Shown here: in pieces, positions 1-9,043 of the stretch
How the letters are laid out: the number at the start of each line of letters is the position of its first letter
How positions within the stretch are numbered: position 1 is the first letter of the stretch
NCBI GenBank assembly: GCA_035524355.1
Contig: DATKPA010000021.1
Location: 1-64,000 of the forward strand
Direction of reading: 5' to 3'
Length of the DNA: 64,000 nt
Origin: Phycisphaerae bacterium
Lineage (GTDB): Bacteria; Planctomycetota; Phycisphaerae; WQYP01
Notes under the pieces: generated by a model
Database searches by the model: none
Told to the model about the DNA's origin: nothing
Seen by the model: only the letters and a program-made list of their open reading frames with translations
Made by a program: the position numbers and the translations under genes

Positions 1-99
1 CCGATCTCCCCCGACGAAAATTTCTCCACGACTTCCCCCCCCAACGCGGATATAAATAAAAGAGGAACACGCCCTCCGTCCGTCTTACCGGAGTACCGC

Positions 100-1650
100 A
101 TGCTCAGTTCCACCGCCCGCCAGGTCACCGAACTCCCACCCGATCTCGCCGCCGCCAACGAACAGATCCGCGCCACCGCCAGGTCCTACGGCCTCGATTT
201 CTTCGAAACCATCTTCGAAATGCTCGACTACGACCAGATCAACCAGATCGCCTCCTTCGGCGGCTTCCCCGTCCGCTACCCCCACTGGCGCTTCGGCATG
301 GAATACGAACGCATGTCGAAACAGCACAACTACGGCCTCGGACGCATCTACGAAATGGTCATCAACAACGACCCCTGCTACGCCTACCTCCAGCGCTCCA
401 ACTCCATCACCGATCAAAAACTCGTCATGGCCCACGTCTACGCCCATTGCGACTTCTTCAAAAACAACCTCTGGTTCTCCAAAACCGACCGCAAAATGAT
501 GGACGGCATGGCCAACCATGCCACCCGCGTCCGCAAACACATCGAACGCATCGGCATCGACCGCGTCGAAAAATTCCTCGACGTCTGCCTCTCCATCGAA
601 CACCTCATCGATCCCCACTCCGTCTTCCTCAAACGCGCCGGCCCTGATGAACCCCTCTCCGATTCCGACGTCGCCGGCAGCGAGGAGCCCGTCACCCGCT
701 TCCAGTCCAAAGGCTACATGGAACGCTTCATCAACCCGCGCAAGCTGATGGAGGAAGAGCGCACCCGCATGAAAGCCGAGGCCGACCGCAAGCGCAAAAT
801 CGTCCCCTCCGAACCTGTCCGCGACGTCCTCCTCTTCCTCCTCGAGCACGCCCCGCTGCAACCCTGGCAATCCGACATCCTCACCATCATCCGCGACGAA
901 GCCTACTACTTTTCCCCGCAGGGCATGACGAAAGTCATGAACGAAGGCTGGGCCACCTACTGGCACTCCACCATGATGACCAAGCACTACCTCGATTCCT
1001 CCGAAATCATCGATTACGCCGACCACCACTCCGGCACCGTCCACATGCCCCCCGGCAACTTCAACCCCTACAAAATCGGCGTCGAACTCTTCCGCGACAT
1101 CGAAGACCGCTGGGACCACGGCCGCCACGGAAAAGAATTCGAAGAACTCGACACCCTCGGCGGACCCGGCCGCTGGAACAAGGAAAACCCCGGCGAAGGC
1201 CGAAAGAAAATCTTCGAAGTCCGCCGCATCTACAACGACGTCAACTTCATCGACGAATTCCTCACCGAGGAAATGGTCGACCGCCTCAAGCTCTACCAGT
1301 ACCGCCGCGACCCCCACACCGGCCAACTCCGCATCGTCAGCCGCGACTACAAACGCATCAAAGAGTCTATGTTGTACCGCCTCACCAACATGGGCCAGCC
1401 CTACATCTACGTCGTCGACGCCAATTACAAAAACGCCGGCGAACTCTACCTCGCCCACAAACACAACGGCCTCGACATCGAAATCAAATACGCCATCGAA
1501 ACCCTCAAAGGCGTCCAGCACATCTGGACCCGCCCCGTCCACCTGCAGGCCCGCATCGACGACGACATGATGCTCTTCAGCTACGACGGCAAACAAAGCC
1601 AGCAGCAGAAAATCCACGACGACCTGCCAAAACCCGCGCACCAGTTGTAA
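100..1650 (+). CDS. spoVR: SpoVR family protein
   Basis: 516 aa ORF; N-terminal FFETIFEMLDYDQINQIASFGGFPVRYPHWRFGMEYE and overall length typical of SpoVR/YcgB family; C3-rich codon use. Confidence 0.85.
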   Translation: MLSSTARQVTELPPDLAAANEQIRATARSYGLDFFETIFEMLDYDQINQIASFGGFPVRYPHWRFGMEYERMSKQHNYGLGRIYEMVINNDPCYAYLQRSNSITDQKLVMAHVYAHCDFFKNNLWFSKTDRKMMDGMANHATRVRKHIERIGIDRVEKFLDVCLSIEHLIDPHSVFLKRAGPDEPLSDSDVAGSEEPVTRFQSKGYMERFINPRKLMEEERTRMKAEADRKRKIVPSEPVRDVLLFLLEHAPLQPWQSDILTIIRDEAYYFSPQGMTKVMNEGWATYWHSTMMTKHYLDSSEIIDYADHHSGTVHMPPGNFNPYKIGVELFRDIEDRWDHGRHGKEFEELDTLGGPGRWNKENPGEGRKKIFEVRRIYNDVNFIDEFLTEEMVDRLKLYQYRRDPHTGQLRIVSRDYKRIKESMLYRLTNMGQPYIYVVDANYKNAGELYLAHKHNGLDIEIKYAIETLKGVQHIWTRPVHLQARIDDDMMLFSYDGKQSQQQKIHDDLPKPAHQL

Positions 1651-1694
1651 ACAGCATCACACGCAAACAGGAGCGAAGCTCCGAAAGAAAATAG

Positions 1695-1714
1695 CCCCCA
1701 CCGTGAGGTGGGGG
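1695..1714. repeat. REP-like hairpin CCCCCACC-GTGA-GGTGGGGG flanking RAYT (left copy)
   Basis: perfect 8-bp stem/4-nt loop palindrome immediately 3' of the RAYT gene; inverted counterpart at 2307-2326. Confidence 0.6.
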
Positions 1715-1802
1715 TAAGCTCGGACAAACAATGTTGAGGGCCAACGGCCCGACACTTTTCTTCTTGGGGACAATGACATTGAGGGGGGTTGGCGCTCCTC
1801 AC

Positions 1803-2246
1803 TCACAAAAACACATACCGGGAGTCATAGGGAACGCGGTGCTTCTCCAAAAACTCAATCAACTCTTCCTGAAACGATTTGCGCGAATGATGCGACTTCT
1901 GATTCTCAATATAGCGCCGCACCGCCTCCTCCCCCGAAACACTCACCGAAAACGCCGCATATCCCTTCTGCCAATCAAACACCCGATCCCCCAACTCCTC
2001 ATGTACAAACCGCGAAGAATTCGCCTTCATCGCCGACGCGGCATCTGCCAACGACAATGTCGCCGGGAGCGAAGTGAACACATGTATATGATCCGCCACG
2101 CCCCCAACACACAGCAACTTCGCCTTCTTATTCTCCAGAATCCCCCCGATATACGGATACAACCGCTCCTCCCACTCCGCCCGAATCGTTGGTTCGCGTT
2201 TGGCCGTGCTCCAGATGAAATGAACGAGGTTCGAAATGTAGGACAT
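1803..2246 (-). CDS. REP-associated tyrosine transposase (IS200/IS605-like Y1 transposase, RAYT)
   Basis: MSYISNLVHFIWSTAKREP...HIHVF motifs typical of IS200-like/RAYT proteins (HxH and conserved Y near C-term); flanked by inverted REP hairpins; start chosen at MSYISN (longer ORF to 2285 possible). Confidence 0.75.
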   Translation of the reverse strand: MSYISNLVHFIWSTAKREPTIRAEWEERLYPYIGGILENKKAKLLCVGGVADHIHVFTSLPATLSLADAASAMKANSSRFVHEELGDRVFDWQKGYAAFSVSVSGEEAVRRYIENQKSHHSRKSFQEELIEFLEKHRVPYDSRYVFL

Positions 2247-2306
2247 GGGCGTCTCCGTAAGAAGTGTCGGGCCCTTGGCCCTCAACAGATGTGTGCGGCC
2301 ACTTTA

Positions 2307-2326
2307 CCCACACCTCACGGTGTGGG
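2307..2326. repeat. REP-like hairpin CCCACACC-TCAC-GGTGTGGG flanking RAYT (right copy, inverted)
   Basis: reverse-complement reads CCCACACC-GTGA-GGTGTGGG, same family as 1695-1714 in opposite orientation. Confidence 0.6.
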
Positions 2327-2363
2327 CTATTACCTGCCGGAGCTTCGCTCCTCCCAAAACGCC

Positions 2364-4031
2364 TCAACCCGCCAGCGCCGCCCCCACCACCTCCTGCGCC
2401 TCCCGAATAATCGCATCCAGATGCGCCTGCGACACAAAACTCTCCGCATAAATCTTGTAAATATTCTCCGTCCCCGACGGCCGCGCCGCGAACCACCCGT
2501 TCTTCGTCGTCACCTTCAAACCCCCAATCGGCGCCCCATTCCCCGGCGCATTCGTCAGCTTCGCCTCGATCGAGTCCCCCGCCAATGTCGTCGCCTTCAC
2601 CGCCGCCGGCGTAAGCTTCTTGAACGCCGCCTTCTGCTCCACCGTCGCCGGCGCATCGATGCGGTTATAGAACGGCGTCCCAAACTTCTCCGTCAATTCA
2701 CGGTAATGCACCCCTGGATCCTTCCCCGTCACCGCCGTGATCTCCGCCGCCAGGAGCGCCATGATCGGCCCATCCTTGTCCGTCGACCACGACGTCCCAT
2801 CCATCCGCAGGAACGACGCCCCCGCCGATTCCTCCCCGCCAAAACAAATCGTCCCGTCAAACAACCCCGGCGCAAACCACTTGAACCCCACCGGCACCTC
2901 CACCAGCTTCCTCCCCTCCCCCCCCAAATCCGCCACCACCCGATCGATCATGCTCGAACTCACCACCGTCTTCCCAATCCCCGCACCTTTGCTCCACTTC
3001 GGCCGATGCCCCAGCAAATACTGGATCGCCACCGCCAGGTAATGATTCGGATTCATCAATCCCGCACTCGGCGTGATGATCCCATGCCGATCCGAATCCG
3101 GATCATTCCCCACCGCCACCGCATACTGATCCTTCAACTTCACCAGCCCCGCCATCGCATACGGACTCGAACAGTCCATGCGTATCTTCCCATCGTGATC
3201 CACCGTCATGAACGAAAAAGTCGGATCGATCCGCTTGTTCACGATTGTCATGTTCAGCTTGTGTACATCCGCGATCGCCTCCCAATACGCCACCGACGCT
3301 CCGCCCAGCGGATCCACGCCCAGCTTCACCCCCTTTTCTCGTATTGCCGCGATATCCACCACGCTCGGCAAATCCCGCACGTACGGCCCAACAAAATCCT
3401 CCTGCCGCGTCGTCCCCGTCCCCCCTCCGCGCAGCGCCGCCTCATACCCCATCCGCTTCACCCCCGCATTCCCAGCCTTCAAGTATTCATTCGCCTTGTT
3501 CTGTATCCAGGCAGTGATATCCGTATCCGCCGGTCCCCCATTCGTCGGGTTGTATTTGAACCCGCCATCCGACGGCGGATTGTGCGACGGCGTGATCACG
3601 ATCCCATCGGCCAACCGCTCCTTCCTCCCGCGATTGTGCGTCAGAATCAACCACGAAATCACCGGCGTCGGCGTGAATCCATCCCCGCTCTGAATCACCG
3701 TCTCCACCCCATTTGCCGCCAGCACTTCGAGCGCCGACTTCTCCGCCGGCGCCGAAAGCGCATGCGTGTCCTTGCCCATGAACAGCGGCCCGCTGATCCT
3801 CTCCTTCGCCCGATAATCCACGATCGCCTGCGTGATCGCCAGAATATGCGATTCCGTAAACGTCCTCTCCCCGCCGCCGACTGTCCCCCGATGCCCGCTC
3901 GTCCCGAACGAGACCAGTTGCCGCGGGTCGGAAACGTCCGGCTTCACCGCATAATAATCCGCGATGAGCTTATCGACATGAATGAGCAGTTCCGCCGGAG
4001 CGGACTTTCCCGCAAGCGAACTCAAAGGCAT
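2364..4031 (-). CDS. pgm: phosphoglucomutase (alpha-D-glucose phosphate-specific)
   Basis: 555 aa; GTSGHRG phosphoserine-loop region, TPSHNP active-site Ser loop, full-length PGM architecture. Confidence 0.9.
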   Translation of the reverse strand: MPLSSLAGKSAPAELLIHVDKLIADYYAVKPDVSDPRQLVSFGTSGHRGTVGGGERTFTESHILAITQAIVDYRAKERISGPLFMGKDTHALSAPAEKSALEVLAANGVETVIQSGDGFTPTPVISWLILTHNRGRKERLADGIVITPSHNPPSDGGFKYNPTNGGPADTDITAWIQNKANEYLKAGNAGVKRMGYEAALRGGGTGTTRQEDFVGPYVRDLPSVVDIAAIREKGVKLGVDPLGGASVAYWEAIADVHKLNMTIVNKRIDPTFSFMTVDHDGKIRMDCSSPYAMAGLVKLKDQYAVAVGNDPDSDRHGIITPSAGLMNPNHYLAVAIQYLLGHRPKWSKGAGIGKTVVSSSMIDRVVADLGGEGRKLVEVPVGFKWFAPGLFDGTICFGGEESAGASFLRMDGTSWSTDKDGPIMALLAAEITAVTGKDPGVHYRELTEKFGTPFYNRIDAPATVEQKAAFKKLTPAAVKATTLAGDSIEAKLTNAPGNGAPIGGLKVTTKNGWFAARPSGTENIYKIYAESFVSQAHLDAIIREAQEVVGAALAG

Positions 4032-4288
4032 GGCAGACTCCTTGTTCTTCTCTCTGCTGGATTGTCGTACTCGAAGAGGCTTAACACAAGAAGCGAAAAA
4101 AGCTCTTTACTTTTCCTTTCGACTCGTCACAATTCATGCGACATCAACTCTTTTAGCGCATCGGCTTTCTCCCGGAGAGTTTTCTCACGAAAGCGATCCA
4201 GGGAGATCGTTCATGCAGGGAAGGAATAGCGGAACGCCCCGGCATCCACCGGGTGGTCCTGCAGGTAGAATTTTGCGGAGCATCATCA

Positions 4289-5074
4289 ATGCCGATCACC
4301 ATTTGCTGCCCCTCCTGCAACAGGGAATATCGCGTCGACGGCAAGCTCGCCGGCAAGAAGGTCAAATGCCGCGAGTGTAGCGCCCCGATTCTCGTCGCAG
4401 CCGGTGAATCATCCAGCGCCAGCACCCGCGCGGCCGAACAAGTGCCCGCGCCGCAACCGTCCGGCGCCCTCCGGCGCTGCCCCTCCTGCCGCTCGCCCAT
4501 GACCGCCTCGGCAACCTACTGCACCGCCTGCGGATGGGCGCCCACGCCGGCGCCCGCTGACGCCCAAGTCGATCACGGCATCCCGGTCGCCGGGAACATG
4601 CCCATCAAACGCAAGCGCAAATGGGTGCGCGATCCGGGAAACAGGAACCTCAACTCCCTCGACAGCCTTCTCAATCTCCTGCTCTGGTGCGGCCTTATCG
4701 CCGGGATCGCGGTGTGGGTCATCCACATCGCCAAATCTCCGTGGGGGCTCAGCGCCATCTACCTCCTCCCCATGGGTCTCACGATCGCCGCCATCGTCAT
4801 CACTGCCGCGCTCATGAACGCCGGCATTCGCGTCGCCTCGCGCTACCTCGAGTTTCCTCCGCGCGATGATACATTCAACCGCTGCCTTCTCGTCCTCTTC
4901 CTCCCGTTTGCGGCGGGCCTCCTCGCGGGCTGGCCCGGCCTCGACAGCGGCCTTGATTCCACCGTCATCACCCTCGCCTGGATCGCCACCCCTGCGCTCT
5001 TTATCTACTTCTTCCGCGCCGATCCGCGATTCACCTTCACGCTCCCCGCGAACAACTCCCGCATCAGCTTCTGA
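4289..5074 (+). CDS. zinc-ribbon (CxxC...CxxC) domain membrane protein, hypothetical
   Basis: MPITICCPSCNREYRVDGKLAGKKVKCRECSAPI zinc-ribbon then second CPSCRSP...CTACG ribbon, followed by 3-4 hydrophobic helices; ORF could start at 4253. Confidence 0.5.
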   Translation: MPITICCPSCNREYRVDGKLAGKKVKCRECSAPILVAAGESSSASTRAAEQVPAPQPSGALRRCPSCRSPMTASATYCTACGWAPTPAPADAQVDHGIPVAGNMPIKRKRKWVRDPGNRNLNSLDSLLNLLLWCGLIAGIAVWVIHIAKSPWGLSAIYLLPMGLTIAAIVITAALMNAGIRVASRYLEFPPRDDTFNRCLLVLFLPFAAGLLAGWPGLDSGLDSTVITLAWIATPALFIYFFRADPRFTFTLPANNSRISF

Positions 5075-5247
5075 ATCGTTTCCGCCCGCTCCTGCATGAA
5101 CTGCAGTTTGTACAAAGACGGCGCACTGGTCGTCTGATTGAACTTCACGCCGCGATCCGCAAGAAACCGCGCGACTTCATTCAAATCGTCGCCGTGCACC
5201 AGAGTAAAGGGTGGGGCATCCCCAAATACCTTCGGTTCTTCCGTCAT
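5005..5247 (-). CDS. hypothetical small protein (80 aa)
   Basis: ORF only; G/T-ending codon bias unlike neighbouring genes; overlaps 3' end of 4289-5074. Confidence 0.2.
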   Translation of the reverse strand: MTEEPKVFGDAPPFTLVHGDDLNEVARFLADRGVKFNQTTSAPSLYKLQFMQERAETIQKLMRELFAGSVKVNRGSARKK

Positions 5248-5405
5248 AAGATCCCGCTACCGTCTCTCCTACGAGTAGAACACTCCACCATAACCCATGT
5301 TTCATAAGAGTGACCTAAGTCTCACGCCGCCCCGCATCACTTCGGAAAAAGGCCCCCATTGCGCATATCTTGTCAAATCGCCCACGCCTCCGTACTCTCC
5401 CCCTC

Positions 5406-7082
5406 ATGCCCCATGTTCGCCGACTCACCGCCCCGCTTCTTCTCGTCCTGTTTGCCTTTATTCTCACGGCACTCTGCCGCATGGCCGGCCCGAGCGACCT
5501 TTACGACAAGGAACAACCCCGCACGATTTCCTACACCGTCGACATCCTCCTTCATCACCGCTGGAGCCTCCCAACCGATAACTTCGATATTCCCGCCACC
5601 AAGCCCCCCCTCTTCAACTGGATCAGCGCCCCCATTGTCGCCGCCTTCGGCTATCACGAATGGACGCTCAAATTCCCCTCCCTCCTCGCCGCCGCCATCG
5701 TCCTCCTCTGCATCCTTATCGCCGCCAGAATAATTTCCCCCCCTGCTACCACTGATATCACTGGTACAACGGATATCACTTCTACTCCGAATCCCACCTC
5801 CCTCGGCGTCCTCGCTTCCCTCCTCTGGCTCTCCACATTCATGACCGCCAAGCTCATGTACCTCGCCCGCCCCGACATGCTCGTCACCGCCTGCCTCACC
5901 CTCGCCTGGCTCACCGCCACCCAGATCATCCTCTCCCCGAAACCTCGGCCCCTCGCCTCCTCCCTCCTCTGGCTCTCCATCACCGCCGCCGCACTCACCA
6001 AAGGACCCATCGCACTTCTCCCCATCCTCTACTTGATCGTCGCCGCAAAATATCTCGCCGGCTCGTTCCACCCCCTCAAGCGCGCCGGCCTCTGGTGGGG
6101 AATCCCCCTCCTCCTTGCCGCCGTCGGCCTCTGGTCGGTTCTCGCCTACCAGCAAGACCCCGAATTCTTCCGCCAGGTTCTCCTCGGCCGCGAACTCTCC
6201 CAACGCCTCCTCCCCGGCGCCGCCGGCTCGAACATCAAACACTTCGGCTGGCTCGTTACCCTCCCCAACGGCCCCTTCTACATCATCGCCCGATTCCTCC
6301 CCTGGTCCCTCCTCCCACTCGCCGCCCTCATCTGCTGGATCATCAACAAATTCCGCAAGCGTTCCCGGCCCCCAATAACTGATATCACCGCTACCACCGA
6401 TATCACAAAACCCGCCACCCTCTGGATCCTCATCATCGCCCTTTCCTTCTGCTTCCTCTCCACCAAGCGGCCTGACCGCTACGCCCCCGTCTTCCCCGCG
6501 CTCGCCCTCATCACCGCACAACTCGCGCTCCGATATGCCCCCAGACTCCGCCTCCGCTTCGCTCACCTCGCCGCCCTCCCGCTGCTTTTCCTTTTCGTCA
6601 TCTTCATCAACAACCAGTTCCTCGACTCCCCCGCCAAATCGCACCTCGGCGACAACCTCCTCCGCTTCACCACCGCCGTCTCGCAGAAAACCGGCGACGA
6701 CACCATCCTCTTCGAAGACGGCGAACAAACCCCGCTGCAAACGCTCCTCGCACGCCATCAACCCCTCACGCCCTCACCCGACTACCTCCAATCCGCCAAA
6801 TGGTCCATCCGCTTCTTCGATCCGCACGCCCCCTCCATCCCGGCCGCCGTCTCCGGCCCCATCGCCCAGATCGATGGTCCAAAACCCGGTCGCCTCGCCC
6901 TCTACCCCCTGGCCCCCAACGAAGGCCCCGCCGAATTCGAACGTGCCCAGCGCGTCCCCCGCCTCTACACCGAAGAGAATTCCCGCGACCTCCTCGTCAA
7001 TCCCGATCCCGCCACCACCCGCTGGCTCCAGTTCTGGCGCCAACACACCGCGCCCACCTCCCAGCCCACCTCCCAGCCCTGA
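5406..7082 (+). CDS. ArnT/PMT-like (GT39/GT83 family) membrane glycosyltransferase
   Basis: ~12 predicted TM helices, N-terminal DKEQPRT...PPLFNW loop resembling the Asp-containing catalytic loop of ArnT/PMT enzymes; ORF may begin at 5370. Confidence 0.7.
   Translation: MPHVRRLTAPLLLVLFAFILTALCRMAGPSDLYDKEQPRTISYTVDILLHHRWSLPTDNFDIPATKPPLFNWISAPIVAAFGYHEWTLKFPSLLAAAIVLLCILIAARIISPPATTDITGTTDITSTPNPTSLGVLASLLWLSTFMTAKLMYLARPDMLVTACLTLAWLTATQIILSPKPRPLASSLLWLSITAAALTKGPIALLPILYLIVAAKYLAGSFHPLKRAGLWWGIPLLLAAVGLWSVLAYQQDPEFFRQVLLGRELSQRLLPGAAGSNIKHFGWLVTLPNGPFYIIARFLPWSLLPLAALICWIINKFRKRSRPPITDITATTDITKPATLWILIIALSFCFLSTKRPDRYAPVFPALALITAQLALRYAPRLRLRFAHLAALPLLFLFVIFINNQFLDSPAKSHLGDNLLRFTTAVSQKTGDDTILFEDGEQTPLQTLLARHQPLTPSPDYLQSAKWSIRFFDPHAPSIPAAVSGPIAQIDGPKPGRLALYPLAPNEGPAEFERAQRVPRLYTEENSRDLLVNPDPATTRWLQFWRQHTAPTSQPTSQP
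5749..5790. repeat. in-frame ACTGATATCAC...GGATATCAC repeat (encodes TDITGTTDIT) inside glycosyltransferase gene
   Basis: two GATATC-containing units 21 nt apart; second copy of same element at 6373-6417. Confidence 0.55.
6373..6417. repeat. in-frame ACTGATATCAC...CGATATCAC repeat (encodes TDITATTDIT) inside glycosyltransferase gene
   Basis: near-identical to 5749-5790 element. Confidence 0.55.
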
Positions 7083-7230
7083 TCGCCCGCTCCGAACGTG
7101 CCTGAACAGCAAAACTTTTCGTGGTGTTTGCCGCGCCCGATGGGTATAAGCGTCTGCATCTTTCGCATATGAAGTCCAGGCCTACGACCATCCGCACGCG
7201 TGCGCTCCACGCAGAGGGGTATCGTCTGAT

Positions 7231-7842
7231 ATGAGCTACAAAGAACTCGTGTTCGATTTGATTACGCTCTGGGTCACCATCGACCCCGTCGGCACCCTGC
7301 CGCTCTACTTGTCGGTCACCAAACACATGACCCCTGCCCAGCGCCGGCGCGCCGCAATCCGCGCCTCCATCATCGCCTCCTGCATCCTCGCCGGCTTCCT
7401 CTACCTCGGCCAATACCTGCTCGAAGAAATGCGCATCGAACTTCTCTCCTTCCAGATCGCCGGCGGCATCGTATTGTTTCTGTTCTCCCTCAGCATGATT
7501 TTCGAGAAGGACTCCCCATCCGACGTCGTCCCCGACGCCGGCCGCGATGTCGCCGTCTTCCCCCTCGCCATGCCCTCCATCGCTACACCCGGAGCGCTCC
7601 TCTCCGTCGTCGTTCTGACCAACAACAACACGCACAACTTCTTCCAGGAATCCGCCACTTGCGCCGTGATGCTCGTCGTCCTCGCCATCAATCTCCTGAT
7701 CATGCTGCTCGGCGACCGCATCGTCGCCTTTCTCGGCCGCGCCGGCCTGAGCGTCCTGAGCCGCGTGATGGGAATGATCCTCGCCGCCGCCGCCGTCCAG
7801 ATGGTCTACAGCGCATTGAAGGGCGAGTTGGGCCCCGGATGA
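7231..7842 (+). CDS. MarC family (UPF0056) integral membrane protein
   Basis: 203 aa, 6 TM; N-terminal LITLWVTIDPVGTLPLYLSVT matches MarC/YchE family signature. Confidence 0.8.
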   Translation: MSYKELVFDLITLWVTIDPVGTLPLYLSVTKHMTPAQRRRAAIRASIIASCILAGFLYLGQYLLEEMRIELLSFQIAGGIVLFLFSLSMIFEKDSPSDVVPDAGRDVAVFPLAMPSIATPGALLSVVVLTNNNTHNFFQESATCAVMLVVLAINLLIMLLGDRIVAFLGRAGLSVLSRVMGMILAAAAVQMVYSALKGELGPG

Positions 7843-7867
7843 CGGCATCAAAACAACCACGCAAAAA

Positions 7868-7940
7868 TGACCCCGGCAGGACTCGCACCTGCACGCCTCC
7901 GGTTAAAAGCCGGATGCTCTGCTGATTGAGCTACGGAGTC
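7868..7940 (-). tRNA. tRNA-Lys(TTT)
   Basis: manual cloverleaf; acceptor GACTCCG/CGGGGTC, anticodon stem-loop TCCGG-CTTTTAA-CCGGA; T-loop TGCGAGT (G55 atypical); A73; no encoded CCA. Confidence 0.75.
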
Positions 7941-7945
7941 TCGTT

Positions 7946-7968
7946 GTGGCATCGGCGTCTCGCCCATG
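7946..7968. repeat. GTGG-CATSGGC-N5-GCCCATG hairpin repeat (copy 1, variant CATCGGC)
   Basis: gtggcatcggcgtctcgcccatg directly abutting 5' end of tRNA-Lys; family of 5 copies in window. Confidence 0.6.
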
Positions 7969-7979
7969 TTCGCCACATT

Positions 7980-8053
7980 TGGCCCGGGCGGGACTCGAAC
8001 CCGCATCGAACGGGGTTTGAGCCCGCCGCGTCTACCCATTGCGCCACCGGGCC
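7980..8053 (-). tRNA. tRNA-Leu(CAA)-like, class-I shape (no long variable arm)
   Basis: acceptor GGCCCGG/CCGGGCC, Leu-type D-arm GTGGCGCAATGGGTAGACGCG, anticodon loop CTCAAAC, 5-nt variable loop TCGAT, T-arm GCGGGTTCGAGTCCCGC, A73. Confidence 0.6.
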
Positions 8054-8084
8054 GCATGAAGAGTCGGTCCATACAACACGAAAA

Positions 8085-8159
8085 TGCTCCCGGCAGGATT
8101 CGAACCTGCAACAACTGGCACCTCAAGCCAGCGCGTCTACCAAATTGCGCCACGAGAGC
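8085..8159 (-). tRNA. tRNA-Leu(GAG)-like, class-I shape
   Basis: acceptor GCTCTCG/CGGGAGC, D-arm GTGGCGCAATTTGGTAGACGCG (near-identical to E. coli tRNA-Leu D-arm), anticodon arm CTGGC-TTGAGGT-GCCAG, variable TTGTT, A73. Confidence 0.6.
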
Positions 8160-8167
8160 AGATAAAA

Positions 8168-8190
8168 GTGGCATGGGCATCCTGCCCATG
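8168..8190. repeat. GTGG-CATGGGC-ATCCT-GCCCATG hairpin repeat (copy 2)
   Basis: abuts 5' end of tRNA at 8159; followed by C14 homopolymer (8213-8226). Confidence 0.6.
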
Positions 8191-8231
8191 ACGGCCAGCA
8201 GGCCGTTTCCCCCCCCCCCCCCCGCTCACCA

Positions 8232-8304
8232 TGATCCCGGCGCGACTCGAACACGCAACCTTCAGCTCCGGAGGCCGACGCTCTTCCAATTGAGCTACGG
8301 AATC
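8232..8304 (-). tRNA. tRNA-Arg(CCG)
   Basis: Arg-type D-arm GCTCAATTGGAAGAGC, anticodon arm TCGGC-CTCCGGA-GCTGA, A73. Confidence 0.8.
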
Positions 8305-8338
8305 CCAATTCTGAATTCTGAACTCTGCATTCTGAATT
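8305..8338. repeat. ATTCTGA heptamer tandem repeat
   Basis: ccaattctgaattctgaactctgcattctgaattg between two tRNA-Arg genes; same motif at 24840-24870 and 28853-28875. Confidence 0.5.
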
Positions 8339-8342
8339 GAAC

Positions 8343-8415
8343 TGACCCCGGCAGGACTCGAACCTGCACGCTTCCGCTTAGAAGGCAGATGCTCTTCCAG
8401 TTGAGCCACGGGGTC
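8343..8415 (-). tRNA. tRNA-Arg(TCT)
   Basis: acceptor GACCCCG/CGGGGTC, anticodon arm TCTGC-CTTCTAA-GCGGA, A73. Confidence 0.8.
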
Positions 8416-8431
8416 TCGCCTGAAGGGGAAA

Positions 8432-8504
8432 TGCGGCGCACGAGCCTCGAACTCGCAACCTCCTGGTTGGAAGCCAGGCGCTCTGCCGATTGAGCTAACG
8501 CCGC
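8432..8504 (-). tRNA. tRNA-Gly(TCC)
   Basis: acceptor GCGGCGT/GCGCCGC, anticodon arm CCTGG-CTTCCAA-CCAGG, A73. Confidence 0.8.
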
Positions 8505-8545
8505 AAGGAATACTCTGCGTGTCGATCCGGCGTTAAAATGAAAGC

Positions 8546-8869
8546 ATGCCCTGGGTCGCAACGAGTTTGGCCGTCGGAATTGCAACGCTCTTCACGCTCG
8601 CGGTCGCCCGTTACACAATCGCCGTGATCTACTGGTTACCCCGCCGTCTGCGCTGGCAACGCGCCATGAAGGGACTCTGCCCCTCGTGCGGATACAACCT
8701 TACAGGCAACACGACCGGCATTTGTTCCGAGTGCGGCCAGATCATTCACTCTGCCACAGGGCAGCCGCCCCGAACTCCGTTCCTCGCAACCGAGCGACAA
8801 CCCTGGTGGGTCTGGGCCAGCGTCGGCGCCGCCATGATCGCCGCCGCCATCGTGCGAAACACGATCTGA
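8546..8869 (+). CDS. small zinc-ribbon membrane protein embedded in tRNA array (hypothetical)
   Basis: 107 aa; N-terminal TM helix, CPSCGYNLTGNTTGICSECG zinc-ribbon, C-terminal TM helix; only plus-strand gene inside the minus-strand array. Confidence 0.45.
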   Translation: MPWVATSLAVGIATLFTLAVARYTIAVIYWLPRRLRWQRAMKGLCPSCGYNLTGNTTGICSECGQIIHSATGQPPRTPFLATERQPWWVWASVGAAMIAAAIVRNTI

Positions 8870-8877
8870 GCAACATG

Positions 8878-8951
8878 TGCTCCCGGCAGGACTCGAACCT
8901 GCATCCAACGGTTTTTGAAACCGCCGCGTCTCCCAATTGCGCCACGAGAGC
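8878..8951 (-). tRNA. tRNA-Leu(CAA)-like, class-I shape
   Basis: paralog of 8085-8159 (same acceptor GCTCTCG, D-arm GTGGCGCAATTGGGAGACGCG), anticodon arm GCGGT-TTCAAAA-ACCGT, variable TGGAT, A73. Confidence 0.6.
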
Positions 8952-8961
8952 CTCTCGAAAA

Positions 8962-9032
8962 GTGCCTGGCGGGATTTGAACCCGCAGCCTCAGCGCTGGC
9001 GGCGCCGCGTTCTGCCGTTGAACTACAGGCAC
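8962..9032 (-). tRNA. tRNA-Gly(GCC) with C33
   Basis: acceptor GTGCCTG/CAGGCAC, U73 (Gly-type discriminator), anticodon loop CCGCCAG (C at position 33). Confidence 0.6.
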
Positions 9033-9043
9033 ATCATCTATAA

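Noticed and set aside
85-1641. 518-aa minus-strand ORF antisense to spoVR; similar long antisense ORFs at 1731-4229, 5373-6761, 19941-22097, 28972-30180, 55669-57885 and 60683-62581
   Set aside because: Low-complexity G/A/V/E/R-rich translations on the strand opposite to well-supported genes. These are typical of spurious ORFs in high-GC DNA.
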